Source: Patescibacteria group bacterium (GTDB taxonomy: Bacteria; Patescibacteriota; Minisyncoccia; Phycocordibacterales; JBBTRF01). Taken from it: a stretch of DNA of 64,000 nucleotides. This document shows, in pieces, positions 1 to 9,894 of the stretch. The stretch covers positions 528,458-592,457 of the forward strand of contig JBBTRF010000001.1 in NCBI GenBank assembly GCA_038065315.1. The letters are read 5' to 3'. The notes below the pieces were generated by a model, which saw only the letters and a list, made by a program, of their open reading frames with translations, was not told where the DNA came from and did not search any database. The position numbers were made by a program, and so were the translations under genes. Numbering within the stretch: the first letter of the stretch is position 1; each line of letters begins with the position of its first letter.

Positions 1-738
1 GGTACTGAAATCCTTTTTGCCGGCCTTTTTATCTTTTACACTCTTTTCTTCTTTCCATTTTTTCAGACCAATTGGTCCGGCAGCTTGGACAAATAGCGCG
101 TCGTCCATGTCGGCGCGCTTGTCGAGGTATTTTTTCACCGCCTGGCGCGCCGACTCGGACAAAAAGACGACGCGCACCTTTTCGCCCTTGCCCCGCACAG
201 AAAATTCATCGGCCCGTAGGTCGAGATCCCGCGAGAGGGAACAGAGCTCGGACACACGGAGGCCGGTAGAGAAGAGCAACTCCATCATGGCCTTGTCCCG
301 CAAGCCCTTCAAGTCACCTTTGTTGGCAGCCTCATCGGCGGCGTGCATCAAGCGTTTGAGTTCATCGACGCTGATTAAGTCTAGCGAGCGTTCGGCCACC
401 TTGGCGAGCTCAATACGGTCCGGAGCCAAGGACTTCACCCCGCGACGGGCGCAGTATTTCAAAAACGAGCGTAGTGCGATCAGATAATAGTTTTGACTCT
501 TCTTTTTCAGCGTCGTTGCCACGCGCCCGTCGCGGGTTTTCGTCGCCGCCTGCCTATTGAGCCATAGTCGATACTCACGCAGCACATCATCGGTCACACC
601 CGCCGGATCCTTCAGCTTGCTGTATGCCAAAAAACGATCTAAATACCGCTCATAGTTGCCCACCGTCTTCAAACTACGACCCTTTTCGATCTCGGTATAC
701 TCGAGAAACTCGCGCTTGAGCTGATGGAGGTCGGACAT
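1..738 (-). CDS. xerC: Tyrosine recombinase XerC/XerD family (3' end runs off window)
   Basis: Manual translation (absent from ORF track): MSDLHQLKREFLEYTEIEKGRSLKTVGNY...LRDKAMMELLFSTGLRVSEL...VRGKGEKVRVV, with the catalytic R (GLRxSEL) and K (GKG) motifs; TATAAT 6 nt upstream of ATG. Confidence 0.85.
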   Translation of the reverse strand, partial: MSDLHQLKREFLEYTEIEKGRSLKTVGNYERYLDRFLAYSKLKDPAGVTDDVLREYRLWLNRQAATKTRDGRVATTLKKKSQNYYLIALRSFLKYCARRGVKSLAPDRIELAKVAERSLDLISVDELKRLMHAADEAANKGDLKGLRDKAMMELLFSTGLRVSELCSLSRDLDLRADEFSVRGKGEKVRVVFLSESARQAVKKYLDKRADMDDALFVQAAGPIGLKKWKEEKSVKDKKAGKKDFST

Positions 739-920
739 GTAGCCATTATATCAGGGAACGGGCAGGCGTGTCGCACAATATTTCCACTTTTGCTTTAAGC
801 CCAAAAATAATTGACTTTCTCATCTCAAATGTGTTAGTAATACCCTAATTACCCGCCTCGACGCCTCGAAAAAGGCTTCGAAAAAACAGCGGAAGAGCAC
901 ATACACATCGAAGGAACCCT

Positions 921-1340
921 ATGAAACTGAAAGCCACCGCTCATGCAGGCCTACCCGAAAGCCTGTTAAATGCCCTCAATGAAATCCGCCCTAAAGTGGT
1001 GAGGGGGGTCTTGGCTCCTCACCTGAAAGTCTCTCTCAAGATCGGGCCGGCAGAGTTCTTCGTTCAGCAATCCGACCTGGCTGATGCCGCTACCCACGAA
1101 TTCTTTGTCCACGTTGGCCTGAGCGGGGTATCTCTCAACAACGAGCGTTCAAACAACGATTTCACTCGCGCTCTGGAAGCCTTGGTGGCCCTCTACAAGC
1201 ATGAGATTGTGACTTGCAAGGATCTAGCTGGCACCGAAAAGCTGGTCCAGTTGTTCGTGGTCATCTACCTGGACGGCAAGCATCCAGTCACGGGAAGCAG
1301 TCTCATCGAGAGCAAAGCGGAATGGGTTTCCGTCGAGTAG
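921..1340 (+). CDS. Hypothetical protein
   Basis: 139-aa ORF with upstream TTGACT and a downstream terminator; no recognised motif. Confidence 0.6.
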   Translation: MKLKATAHAGLPESLLNALNEIRPKVVRGVLAPHLKVSLKIGPAEFFVQQSDLADAATHEFFVHVGLSGVSLNNERSNNDFTRALEALVALYKHEIVTCKDLAGTEKLVQLFVVIYLDGKHPVTGSSLIESKAEWVSVE

Positions 1341-1369
1341 CCCGCGGCCCGAATAGGACCATCTGGCTC

Positions 1370-1404
1370 AATCCGATGGCACGCAAGTGTTGTCGGATTT
1401 TTTG
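1370..1404 (+). terminator. Intrinsic terminator
   Basis: AATCCGATGGCAC-GCAA-GTGTTGTCGGATT followed by T-tract. Confidence 0.75.
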
Positions 1405-1523
1405 TTGACATATACCGACTAGAGGCGTACTGTTTTTAGTGGACTCAGCAGTGTTTATCATCTCACGATGGTCTGCCTGAGTTGTTCCTACACAGCCGCC
1501 TCAAGGCGGCAAGGAGAATACAA

Positions 1524-2000
1524 ATGAGAATACGGAGGATTCGACCAGCGATACACAGCATTGAACTCACCGATGAAGAACGTTCGATGATGAATGAGGA
1601 AACAGTAAGTCAGTGCGAACGTTGGGGTTGGGTAGATCTCGAAGAACTCTTCAGGTGTCTGAACGATGCAAGAAGGGAGAAGAGGATGATGGAATTCGGG
1701 CATCCCCGCGCAATCTTCGAAGCATTTGGGGAGCTCAATTACCATTTCAAAGGTGAGATTCAGACAAACTGGATCCGGGAAGGAGCTTTTGGTCAAGGAG
1801 GATCTGTTCCTGACACCACAGATTCTGGTGTCATGGTTCCGGCTGGTTGGGCTAATAACGCCATCGATCTCACCGAAAAATGGATCAAGCGGGTAGACGT
1901 TAACAAAAAGGCCACTGGACTCGTTGCAACAAAGCACAATGGGGTCAAGGTCTCCATCATCAAACGTAGCGGCCACTGGACTCTCACGAAACAGGCCTGA
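1524..2000 (+). CDS. Hypothetical protein
   Basis: ORF following a TTGACA-17-TACTGT promoter; start uncertain. Confidence 0.55.
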   Translation: MRIRRIRPAIHSIELTDEERSMMNEETVSQCERWGWVDLEELFRCLNDARREKRMMEFGHPRAIFEAFGELNYHFKGEIQTNWIREGAFGQGGSVPDTTDSGVMVPAGWANNAIDLTEKWIKRVDVNKKATGLVATKHNGVKVSIIKRSGHWTLTKQA

Positions 2001-2163
2001 TCACACAATTTAGATTACTCATTTCCCCCAAGCCCGTCGCGAGAAATCGCCTCGGGTCTTCTTTTTAATACATTCTTGATAACTAAGCCATTTTTTGGCT
2101 AACTTAAGCCATTTCCGCCCTAAATCCTTGCATTTTAAAGCCTTTCATGATACCCTATATGGG

Positions 2164-2442
2164 ATGATTACTTCAACGAAAAAGGCACGGATTCTCAAAG
2201 CAGTCCAGCTCCACGACACGGATACTGGCTCTCCTGAGGCGCAGATTTCCATTTTGACCAAGCGAATTGAGGAATTGGCTGGTCACTTGAAGAAGCACGC
2301 CAAGGACCGACACTCTCGACGAGGTCTCCTTCAGATGGTCGCTGATCGACAGAACCACATGAAGTACCTCCAGAAGAAGGACACCAAGCGATACAACAGC
2401 TTGATGAAGAAGCTCGACCTCAAGCAGACCAAGAAGGCCTAA
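2164..2442 (+). CDS. rpsO: 30S ribosomal protein S15
   Basis: DTGSPEAQISILT...HLKKHAKDRHSRRGLLQMV signature. Confidence 0.97.
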   Translation: MITSTKKARILKAVQLHDTDTGSPEAQISILTKRIEELAGHLKKHAKDRHSRRGLLQMVADRQNHMKYLQKKDTKRYNSLMKKLDLKQTKKA

Positions 2443-2581
2443 TACCTTCGTCTCTTCTCGTTTTCTCGACCATTTTCATACTTTTCGGTGGCATTCGCCC
2501 CATTTTCGCTTTTTTCTCAGTAATCATCAGCAGTCATGTGTGCCGATATACGGTATACTTAGTAGTAGTTAATATATTTTT

Positions 2582-3280
2582 ATGACAGTCATTAAACACA
2601 AAGAACAGCGTGTCGGTATTTTCATCGACGCACAGAATCTCTATCACTCAGCCAAAAACCTGTACCATGCTCGAGTCAATTTCGGACAGGTAGTAAAGGA
2701 TGCGCTCGCGGGCCGTGCTCTCATTCGCGCCATCGCCTACGTGATCACCACGGAGAGCGGCGAAGAGTCGGCCTTTTTCGAAGCGCTCACTAAAATGGGC
2801 ATCGAGGCCAAGACCAAAGACCTCCAGATTTTCGCCGGCGGCAGCAAGAAAGCCGATTGGGACGTGGGACTCGCGGTAGATGCAATCAAAATGGCGCCGA
2901 AGCTCGACACCGTGATCCTCGTGACCGGTGATGGCGACTTCGTACCCCTCGTCGAATACCTCCAGATGAACGAAGGATGTCAGGTGGAAGTCGTTTCCTT
3001 CGGCCGCTCAAGCTCACTCAAGCTCAAAGAAGCCGTGGATGAATTCATCGATCTCGATACCAACGCGCGCAAGTACCTCATCGGCGCAGGCATTGCTGCA
3101 CGAGGTGGTGGTCGCGGCATCCGCGGCGGACGAGGACGAGGTGGGGCAGTAAGCGATGGCCGACCGCACCTCAATCGCACTCACTCAGACGTGAACAACA
3201 CTATTTTGGACAACGCCACAGCAACCACACCTTCTCCGGAACATTCCCGAGCAGAAAACGACGGACCAGTGATACAATAA
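2582..3280 (+). CDS. NYN domain (LabA/DUF88) protein with RGG-rich tail
   Basis: IFIDAQNL, KKADWDVGLAVD and LVTGDGDFVPL motifs. Confidence 0.9.
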   Translation: MTVIKHKEQRVGIFIDAQNLYHSAKNLYHARVNFGQVVKDALAGRALIRAIAYVITTESGEESAFFEALTKMGIEAKTKDLQIFAGGSKKADWDVGLAVDAIKMAPKLDTVILVTGDGDFVPLVEYLQMNEGCQVEVVSFGRSSSLKLKEAVDEFIDLDTNARKYLIGAGIAARGGGRGIRGGRGRGGAVSDGRPHLNRTHSDVNNTILDNATATTPSPEHSRAENDGPVIQ

Positions 3281-3284
3281 GGGG

Positions 3285-5189
3285 ATGAACCCGAGGGAGT
3301 TTTCTCTTTCCATCGAAAACAAGACGCTCACTGCCTCATTCACCACGCTCGCTGAGCGAGCGAATGGCTCGGTGATCCTCCGCTACGGCACCACCGCACT
3401 TCTTGCGACGGCCGTAATGTCGGAAAATAAAAAAGAATCGGCGGATTTTCTGCCGCTCACGGTGGAGTATCAAGAACGATATTATGCAATCGGGAAAATT
3501 CTCGGCAATCGATACCAGCGACGCGAAGGGAAGCCTTCCGACGCGGCAATATTATGCGGACGCGTGGTCGACAGGACCATTCGTCCGCTGTTTGCTGCTC
3601 ACATTCGCAACGAAATACAGGTGGTGATCACCACGCTCGCCATCGATCCCGCAGATGCGGCGCGGATGCCCTGCCTCGCCGTGATTGCCGCCTCGTTGGC
3701 GCTGAGCACTTCGAATATTCCCTGGAATGGGCCAGTCGGAACAGCGCTTGTTGAAACGGATCGCCTCAAGCTGGTCGCCTGCGGAAAGGGTGGCACGTTA
3801 AATATGGTGGAGTGCGGCACAAAAGGCGCGGCGACAGGTACGACCGGCACAACGGCGGCGCCAAGCGAGCTCAGCGAGAAAGAAGTCGCCGCAGCGCTTG
3901 CTTCGGCACAAAAAGAAGTCGATCGTATCGAGGCGTTCCAAGCAGACATTGTCCGAGAGATGGGTGTGGAGAAACGCGTAGTCAATGCGCTTTCGATACC
4001 ACCCGTCCTTCGCTCTACTTTTGATAGTGAAATTGCCCTAAAACTCGTCCAACGACTCTTCACTAGGGCGGCTGGCGATGCGCAGATGGAGGCACTGCGG
4101 AGTGAATGGCTCGCGACGGCAGAAAGCGTTGTCGCCAACAGTGTCGGTACAAAATTTTCCAATATTCGCTCCTTGGCTGGCGCACTTTTCGAAGAAGCCG
4201 TGAATGAAGCGCTCCACACAGAAGCCATCGAGCGTGGCAGACGCACCGACGGACGCAAACTCACCGACATTCGACCACTCTTTGCTGAAGCGGGCGGTAT
4301 CTCGCCGCGCCTCCACGGCTCCGGACTTTTCTACCGCGGTCAGACACATATTTTCACCGCTCTCACCCTCGGTGGACCACATGAAGGTCAGATCACTGAA
4401 GGCGAACACAGCCCTAACGACGAGGGCAAGCAATTTATTCATCACTACAACTTTCCGCCATTCTCCACCGGCGAGACAGGCAAGCTCGGCGGTACCAATC
4501 GCCGCATGATTGGCCATGGCGCGCTCGTGGAAAAGTCTTTCGCCGCCGTGCTGCCTGCCAAAACACTGTTTCCTTACACTATCCGCCTCGTCTCCGAAGC
4601 ATTTTCTTCCAACGGCTCGACCTCCATGGCTTCCGTTTGTGCTTCGACCCTTGCATTGATGGACGGCGGCGTACCGATCACTCGACCGGTGGCTGGTATT
4701 TCCTGCGGCGCAATGACACGTGTCGAGAAAGACGCTCATGGCCAGACTTTTCTCAAATATGTTCTGCTCACCGACATCCAGGGACCGGAGGATCATTACG
4801 GGGATATGGATTTCAAGGTGGCGGGCACTATCGCAGGTATCACCGCAGTGCAAATGGACATCAAGACTGAGGGTATGCCAGTGGCACTGCTCGTGGAAGC
4901 GCTAGAACGGGCTCGTGTAGCGCGGTTGCAGATTCTGAAAACCATGGAGAAGGCGATTGCGGCACCCCGTACCCGCCTCTCGCCGTACGCACCGCGCATC
5001 GAGAAGATGATGATCGATCAACGACATATTGGCATCCTCATCGGCCCTGGTGGCAAAACCATCAACGGTATCAAAAAACAATCCGGCCTCCAGAACATTG
5101 ACGTTTCCGACAACGGGGAAGTAGTTCTTGTCGGCGAAAATGGTTCTACAGAAAAAGCGAAAGCCCTCATTTTGTCGGTCCTGCGTTAA
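3285..5189 (+). CDS. pnp: Polyribonucleotide nucleotidyltransferase (PNPase), lacking S1 domain
   Basis: DFLPLTVEYQE, RxxDRTIRPLF, HGSGLFYRGQT, SNGSTSMAS, GDMDFKVAGT and KH motif IGPGGKTI; ends after KH. Confidence 0.93.
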   Translation: MNPREFSLSIENKTLTASFTTLAERANGSVILRYGTTALLATAVMSENKKESADFLPLTVEYQERYYAIGKILGNRYQRREGKPSDAAILCGRVVDRTIRPLFAAHIRNEIQVVITTLAIDPADAARMPCLAVIAASLALSTSNIPWNGPVGTALVETDRLKLVACGKGGTLNMVECGTKGAATGTTGTTAAPSELSEKEVAAALASAQKEVDRIEAFQADIVREMGVEKRVVNALSIPPVLRSTFDSEIALKLVQRLFTRAAGDAQMEALRSEWLATAESVVANSVGTKFSNIRSLAGALFEEAVNEALHTEAIERGRRTDGRKLTDIRPLFAEAGGISPRLHGSGLFYRGQTHIFTALTLGGPHEGQITEGEHSPNDEGKQFIHHYNFPPFSTGETGKLGGTNRRMIGHGALVEKSFAAVLPAKTLFPYTIRLVSEAFSSNGSTSMASVCASTLALMDGGVPITRPVAGISCGAMTRVEKDAHGQTFLKYVLLTDIQGPEDHYGDMDFKVAGTIAGITAVQMDIKTEGMPVALLVEALERARVARLQILKTMEKAIAAPRTRLSPYAPRIEKMMIDQRHIGILIGPGGKTINGIKKQSGLQNIDVSDNGEVVLVGENGSTEKAKALILSVLR

Positions 5190-5214
5190 GAATTCTTTGC
5201 TATAATAGCTCAAT

Positions 5215-6546
5215 ATGGAAGCGCCGCATCCAGGCATCATTGATCTTGAGGCAGTTAAAAAGGCCAACGACGAAAAGCGCGCCTCGGCGTCTCTTTCTGC
5301 ACAAAATGCTATGAATGCAGCAGCGAGCGCGCCTTCTTCGCCACGCCCGAGCGGCAATGCCTTCAATCCTATCCGCACCTTTCAGCAGGATGCCGCTCGG
5401 GCGCAAGGCAAGCCGTACGAAGCCATCTCGCGAGCCAAAAATCCTCTTGAGCAGCACATTCTCTCTGAGCCACGCGAGGTTACCGGCCTAGAACAATTTG
5501 CCCCGGTCCGTCCGACGATCAACCCATATGCCGGAGCAAACCGTGAAGTGATCGAGCAGGCAGTATATCGACGCATCGACTCCACTGTCGAAGCTCCCGC
5601 CGTCGAGGCAATTCCTGAGCCAGTGATCGTCATACCAGAGAAAGAGAAAACAGCCTCGCCACTCATCCGCTCGATTCATACCTACAAAGAAGACATTGCT
5701 TCGAGTGTAAAGGGCGGGGCGTCGATCGCATCGATTGCGGCCGCTGAAAATGCCCGGCGCACCTCACAGCCTAGCGGAGACAGCGAGACAGGTGAGACCT
5801 CAAAGAATGTGGTGATTATCGCGATCAGTATCTCACTGCTTCTGATAGGCGGCATTGGCAGCTGGTATGTGTATTCGACATACAGGGAGAAAAAACAAGT
5901 AGTCATTGAACAAAAACAACGTGATCCTGTCCAAGCTGAAAAAATCACAGAGCTAGCACCGAAGACAGGTCCAAACGCCTTGGCCGTACAGCTGTATTCA
6001 AGTGTACAGAACTCCAATGCACCACTCAATTCCATAGAACGTTTGGTGCCAATTTCAAAAGAAACCTTGACACTCGCTGATGGTAGCGAAAAAACAATAC
6101 CATTGAGTACCGAGCAATTCTTCCGACAGATCAACGCCAATCTACCGGAAACCCTGCTTCGCTCACTAGACCCAAGCTTCTATTTCGGCCTCAATGCGGT
6201 ACACGGCAACCAACCATTCCTGATCTTGAAGACCAATTCTTTTGACGTGGCTCTTTCTGGCATGTTCCGCTGGGAACCAATGATGATCCGAGATTTACAA
6301 AGTATCTTTTTACGACCGTCAGACCGCGTCTCGCCACCGCTCTACACCATTGGCACAAGTAGCATCAGCTACAAGTTTGAAGACGCTATCCTACAAAACA
6401 AGGAGATTCGAGCAGTGCGAGACTCAAAGGGGAATGTCGTACTCCTCTATACATTCCTCGACACAAAAACAGTCATCATCACCAGTGATGAAGCTACTTT
6501 GAAAGATATGACGGCACGCTTGATAAAGGCGCAGTTCGTGAGATAA
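5215..6546 (+). CDS. Single-pass membrane hypothetical protein
   Basis: 443-aa ORF with central TM segment VVIIAISISLLLIGGIGSWYVY. Confidence 0.75.
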   Translation: MEAPHPGIIDLEAVKKANDEKRASASLSAQNAMNAAASAPSSPRPSGNAFNPIRTFQQDAARAQGKPYEAISRAKNPLEQHILSEPREVTGLEQFAPVRPTINPYAGANREVIEQAVYRRIDSTVEAPAVEAIPEPVIVIPEKEKTASPLIRSIHTYKEDIASSVKGGASIASIAAAENARRTSQPSGDSETGETSKNVVIIAISISLLLIGGIGSWYVYSTYREKKQVVIEQKQRDPVQAEKITELAPKTGPNALAVQLYSSVQNSNAPLNSIERLVPISKETLTLADGSEKTIPLSTEQFFRQINANLPETLLRSLDPSFYFGLNAVHGNQPFLILKTNSFDVALSGMFRWEPMMIRDLQSIFLRPSDRVSPPLYTIGTSSISYKFEDAILQNKEIRAVRDSKGNVVLLYTFLDTKTVIITSDEATLKDMTARLIKAQFVR

Positions 6547-6553
6547 TCAAGAT

Positions 6554-6904
6554 ATGAAAACCGACCCAAAAATACTGATCGAGAAGGAGATTACTGTCGT
6601 GGAAGGTGAATTAAAGACCGTTGCTCAGCCTGATCCTGCGCGCCCAGGTGAGTGGATCGCGAAACGCGAGAATCTCGATACTGACAAGGCCGACGAGCTA
6701 GAAACAGCTGAAGATCTTGAGGAAATGGAGGGTCATGAGGCTATCGCCGAAAAGCTTGAGATGCGTCTTCACGACCTCAGACATGCCCTCGAACGGGTGA
6801 AAAATGGTTCGTATGGCAAATGTGAAGTTTGTCAGAAGCCAATCGAGGAGGGTCGTTTGGTGGCAAATTCAGCCGCGTCGACTTGTGTGGCGCATATGAA
6901 ATAA
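6554..6904 (+). CDS. TraR/DksA C4-type zinc finger protein
   Basis: GSYGKCEVCQKPIEEGRL...ASTCVAH. Confidence 0.88.
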   Translation: MKTDPKILIEKEITVVEGELKTVAQPDPARPGEWIAKRENLDTDKADELETAEDLEEMEGHEAIAEKLEMRLHDLRHALERVKNGSYGKCEVCQKPIEEGRLVANSAASTCVAHMK

Positions 6905-7008
6905 GGTCTTCTCATATCAAAGGATATGAAATATTCTTTATCGAAAATTAGTGATTTCTTGAACCTTTCTTAGCAGTTTCTCTATCGCTGTTGTGCAATA
7001 CTTTCTGC

Positions 7009-8559
7009 ATGAAAATTGCAAAAGTGCTCAGCGCACAAAACGATTGTTTAGACGGTCAGATTATCCAAGTAGAGGTCGATATTTCTCGAGGTCTGCATGC
7101 TTTTTCTATTGTCGGCATGGCCGATAAAGCTGTGGCCGAGGCGAAAGATCGGATCGCCTCGGCCATCAAACATTCAGGCTACAAATCTCCAAAAAGTCGC
7201 AACGAAAAGGTGGTCATCTCGCTCGCGCCCGCCCAGCTACCGAAGGAGGGGACTGGCTTCGACCTGGCCATGGCTATCGGCTACCTCATTGCCACCCAAG
7301 ATTTGCGGCCGAACCCAGAGGCCTGTGAACTCGCCGAGAAAATGTTACTTATCGGCGAACTAGCCCTCGACGGCAACCTTCGTGGAGTGCGCGGTGTGTT
7401 ATCCATCATCAAAAGTGCCGAAGCGCAGGGGATTTCCTGTCTGTTTGTTCCGAGAGAAAATGCAGAAGAGGCTTGTCTAGTGTCTGGTATTTCCGTGTAT
7501 GGAGCAGCGACCCTTCGAGAGGTGATCCTGCACATGGAAGGGAAACATTTCATACCGGTATCGAAACTGCTACCGAAAATATCAACACCGACCAAGGAAG
7601 TGGTGGCGGGTGGAAGCGACTCGGAAGTCTCCTTCTGTGATATCGATGGACAGGAAGTGGCAAAACGCGCATTGCGGATCGCTCTGGCTGGGCAGCATTC
7701 AATCGCCCTTGTCGGCCCACCGGGCACGGGAAAAACATTACTAGCACGTAGTGCGCGCTCCATCACTCCAGATCTCACTGAGCTCGAGCAGGTTGAGGTC
7801 ATGACAATCCACTCATCCGCACACTCCACCGAATACCGCACATCCCGGCCACCGTTCCGTGCGCCACACCACAGCGCTTCATACGCCGCCATGATTGGCG
7901 GCGCTGGAAAGCAGCCGATTGGCGAGATCACTTTAGCACACAGAGGGGTTTTGTTCCTCGATGAATTCCCGGAATTCGACCGACGCGTGATCGAGGCTTT
8001 GCGACAACCAATGGAAGAAGGTGTGGTCCGTATCGCCAGAGCCGAACGTCACCACGAGCTACCAGCCCGCTGCATCACTATCCTCGCTATGAACCCGTGT
8101 CCGTGCGGGTATCGCGGATCATCGAGACGTACCTGCACCTGCAGCCAAACAATGTTACGCAGATATGCGGACAAGATCTCCGGTCCGATCATCGATCGCA
8201 TCGATATGTGGGTACGCGTGGAACAAACGGATCATCTATTCATACAGAAAAAGAAAGTGGGCGGGTGCGATGCGAGTTCGGACACTACACAAATCGAATT
8301 AATCAAAAATTCAATTGCCAAAATTCGCACAATACAAAAAAGGCGCGATCATGACCCAGGCGTTGACGGTGTGTATCTAAACGCAACAGATCAGGCAATC
8401 AGCTTGCTTGCAAAGCGGGCAAACGCCGAAGGTATTTCGACGCGAGGGTTTCATCGGACTCTACGGGTTGCAAGAACTATTGCTGACTTGGAACAATCCA
8501 AACAAGTTGAGGGGAGGCATATTCTCGAGGCGTTGCAATATCGGCGGCCGCCGCTTTAG
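7009..8559 (+). CDS. comM: YifB/ComM family Mg-chelatase-like AAA ATPase
   Basis: GELALDG, GPPGTGKT, PFRAPHH, GVLFLDEFPEF, NPCPCG and ISGPIIDRID motifs. Confidence 0.92.
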   Translation: MKIAKVLSAQNDCLDGQIIQVEVDISRGLHAFSIVGMADKAVAEAKDRIASAIKHSGYKSPKSRNEKVVISLAPAQLPKEGTGFDLAMAIGYLIATQDLRPNPEACELAEKMLLIGELALDGNLRGVRGVLSIIKSAEAQGISCLFVPRENAEEACLVSGISVYGAATLREVILHMEGKHFIPVSKLLPKISTPTKEVVAGGSDSEVSFCDIDGQEVAKRALRIALAGQHSIALVGPPGTGKTLLARSARSITPDLTELEQVEVMTIHSSAHSTEYRTSRPPFRAPHHSASYAAMIGGAGKQPIGEITLAHRGVLFLDEFPEFDRRVIEALRQPMEEGVVRIARAERHHELPARCITILAMNPCPCGYRGSSRRTCTCSQTMLRRYADKISGPIIDRIDMWVRVEQTDHLFIQKKKVGGCDASSDTTQIELIKNSIAKIRTIQKRRDHDPGVDGVYLNATDQAISLLAKRANAEGISTRGFHRTLRVARTIADLEQSKQVEGRHILEALQYRRPPL

Positions 8560-9887
8560 ACCAACTTCGCCACCTCTTCTCGTACAACAGTACGGTCATC
8601 CCAGGCAATTGAACCACCCTTCACCACCATAGACTGTTCCGCTCCTTTGCCAGTGATCAATATGACATCCCCAGCTCCAGCAAGTGACAAGGCCTTGGCA
8701 ATACCCGCACGACGGTCACCGATCACAAACACATTTTCACCGCGTTTTTTCCCTCCAGCTTCAACCGTCTTCGCGATATCCTCACAGATCTCAATGGGAT
8801 CGTCTTCGTATGGATCAACATCGCTCACAATCACCACATCAGCCCTCCTCGCGACAATCTCGCCCATAGTCTTGCGCTTCGCCTTGTCGCGACCACCGCC
8901 CTCGGCACCCAACATCACGATCAATTTGCCGTTGGCACCGAGCATCTTTCGTGCAGCATCTGTCGCAACGCTCATACTCTGTCCTTCATGAGCGTAGTCA
9001 ACAATCACCGTCGCAGGAAAAGCACCATCTCGAGTGACCACCTCCATTCGGCCGGGGATCAATGTGAGGGTCCTCAATCCAGTCTGAATGTTCTCCTCTG
9101 AAACACCCCAGAGTCTCATCAGGGCAATAGCCGGAAGAGCATTGTAGACATTGAAAGCTCCGAGAACAGAAAGTTGATACGGAACGCAGTTGCGGTTCCC
9201 TGGACCACACACCGCAAAAGTCACACCTGTGTGGCTTTCCTGGATTTGTTCGGCCTTTATGTCAGACACCGAGTGCAAGGAGAACGTTTGGGCGATCCCT
9301 GAAGCAAGACTCAGGTAATACGGCGCATGTTCGCTGTCATTGTTTGCCAAAACAATCTTACGCACAGCAACGCCATCGAGTACTTTCTGTCGAGCAGAGT
9401 GAAGCGAGCTGAATAAAGCTCCCTTGGCCTTTTTGTAGGCTTCAAAACTACCGCCGTGAGAAGGAAGGTGTTCAGGAGTGAGGTTGGTAAAAATAGCGAC
9501 ATCATAGTCGATGCCGGCGTGTCGCCACTGCTTCAAACCCTCTGAAGTGGTTTCAACAACACATACCTTGCAACCCTTTTTCACCATCTCGCGCATCGTC
9601 CTCTGAATAGCGAAACGACCAGGCATGGTCATATGATAGTGGTTCATTGACTCTTCTTCTCCAATACGAATATTGGCGGTAGTAATAATCCCAGCCTTCA
9701 TACCAGCCGCCATCGCACATGACCAGACAAAATTGGCCGTAGAAGTCTTGCCTTTGGTACCGGTAATACCGATGACAATCATCTTGCGAGAAGGGAAGCC
9801 ATACAGAAACGCCCCGAGTACGGAAAACAGCCAATAATACGCTGAGAAAATCTGCTGCGGGACGACACGTTTCAGTACATCTTTCAT
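8556..9887 (-). CDS. murE: UDP-MurNAc-tripeptide synthetase (MurE family)
   Basis: GITGTKGKTST, FTNLTPEHL, PGRME, VIVDYAH, GGGRDKAKR and GKGAE motifs. Confidence 0.9.
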   Translation of the reverse strand: MKDVLKRVVPQQIFSAYYWLFSVLGAFLYGFPSRKMIVIGITGTKGKTSTANFVWSCAMAAGMKAGIITTANIRIGEEESMNHYHMTMPGRFAIQRTMREMVKKGCKVCVVETTSEGLKQWRHAGIDYDVAIFTNLTPEHLPSHGGSFEAYKKAKGALFSSLHSARQKVLDGVAVRKIVLANNDSEHAPYYLSLASGIAQTFSLHSVSDIKAEQIQESHTGVTFAVCGPGNRNCVPYQLSVLGAFNVYNALPAIALMRLWGVSEENIQTGLRTLTLIPGRMEVVTRDGAFPATVIVDYAHEGQSMSVATDAARKMLGANGKLIVMLGAEGGGRDKAKRKTMGEIVARRADVVIVSDVDPYEDDPIEICEDIAKTVEAGGKKRGENVFVIGDRRAGIAKALSLAGAGDVILITGKGAEQSMVVKGGSIAWDDRTVVREEVAKLV

Positions 9888-9894
9888 GGTTGAA

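Noticed and set aside
17-487. 156-aa plus-strand ORF
   Set aside because: Antisense shadow of the minus-strand xerC, which the ORF track missed because it runs off the window
1-2070. Integron (tyrosine recombinase divergent from orphan ORFs)
   Set aside because: The recombinase looks like housekeeping Xer; the hairpins after the ORFs look like terminators and lack attC RYYYAAC/GTTRRRY ends
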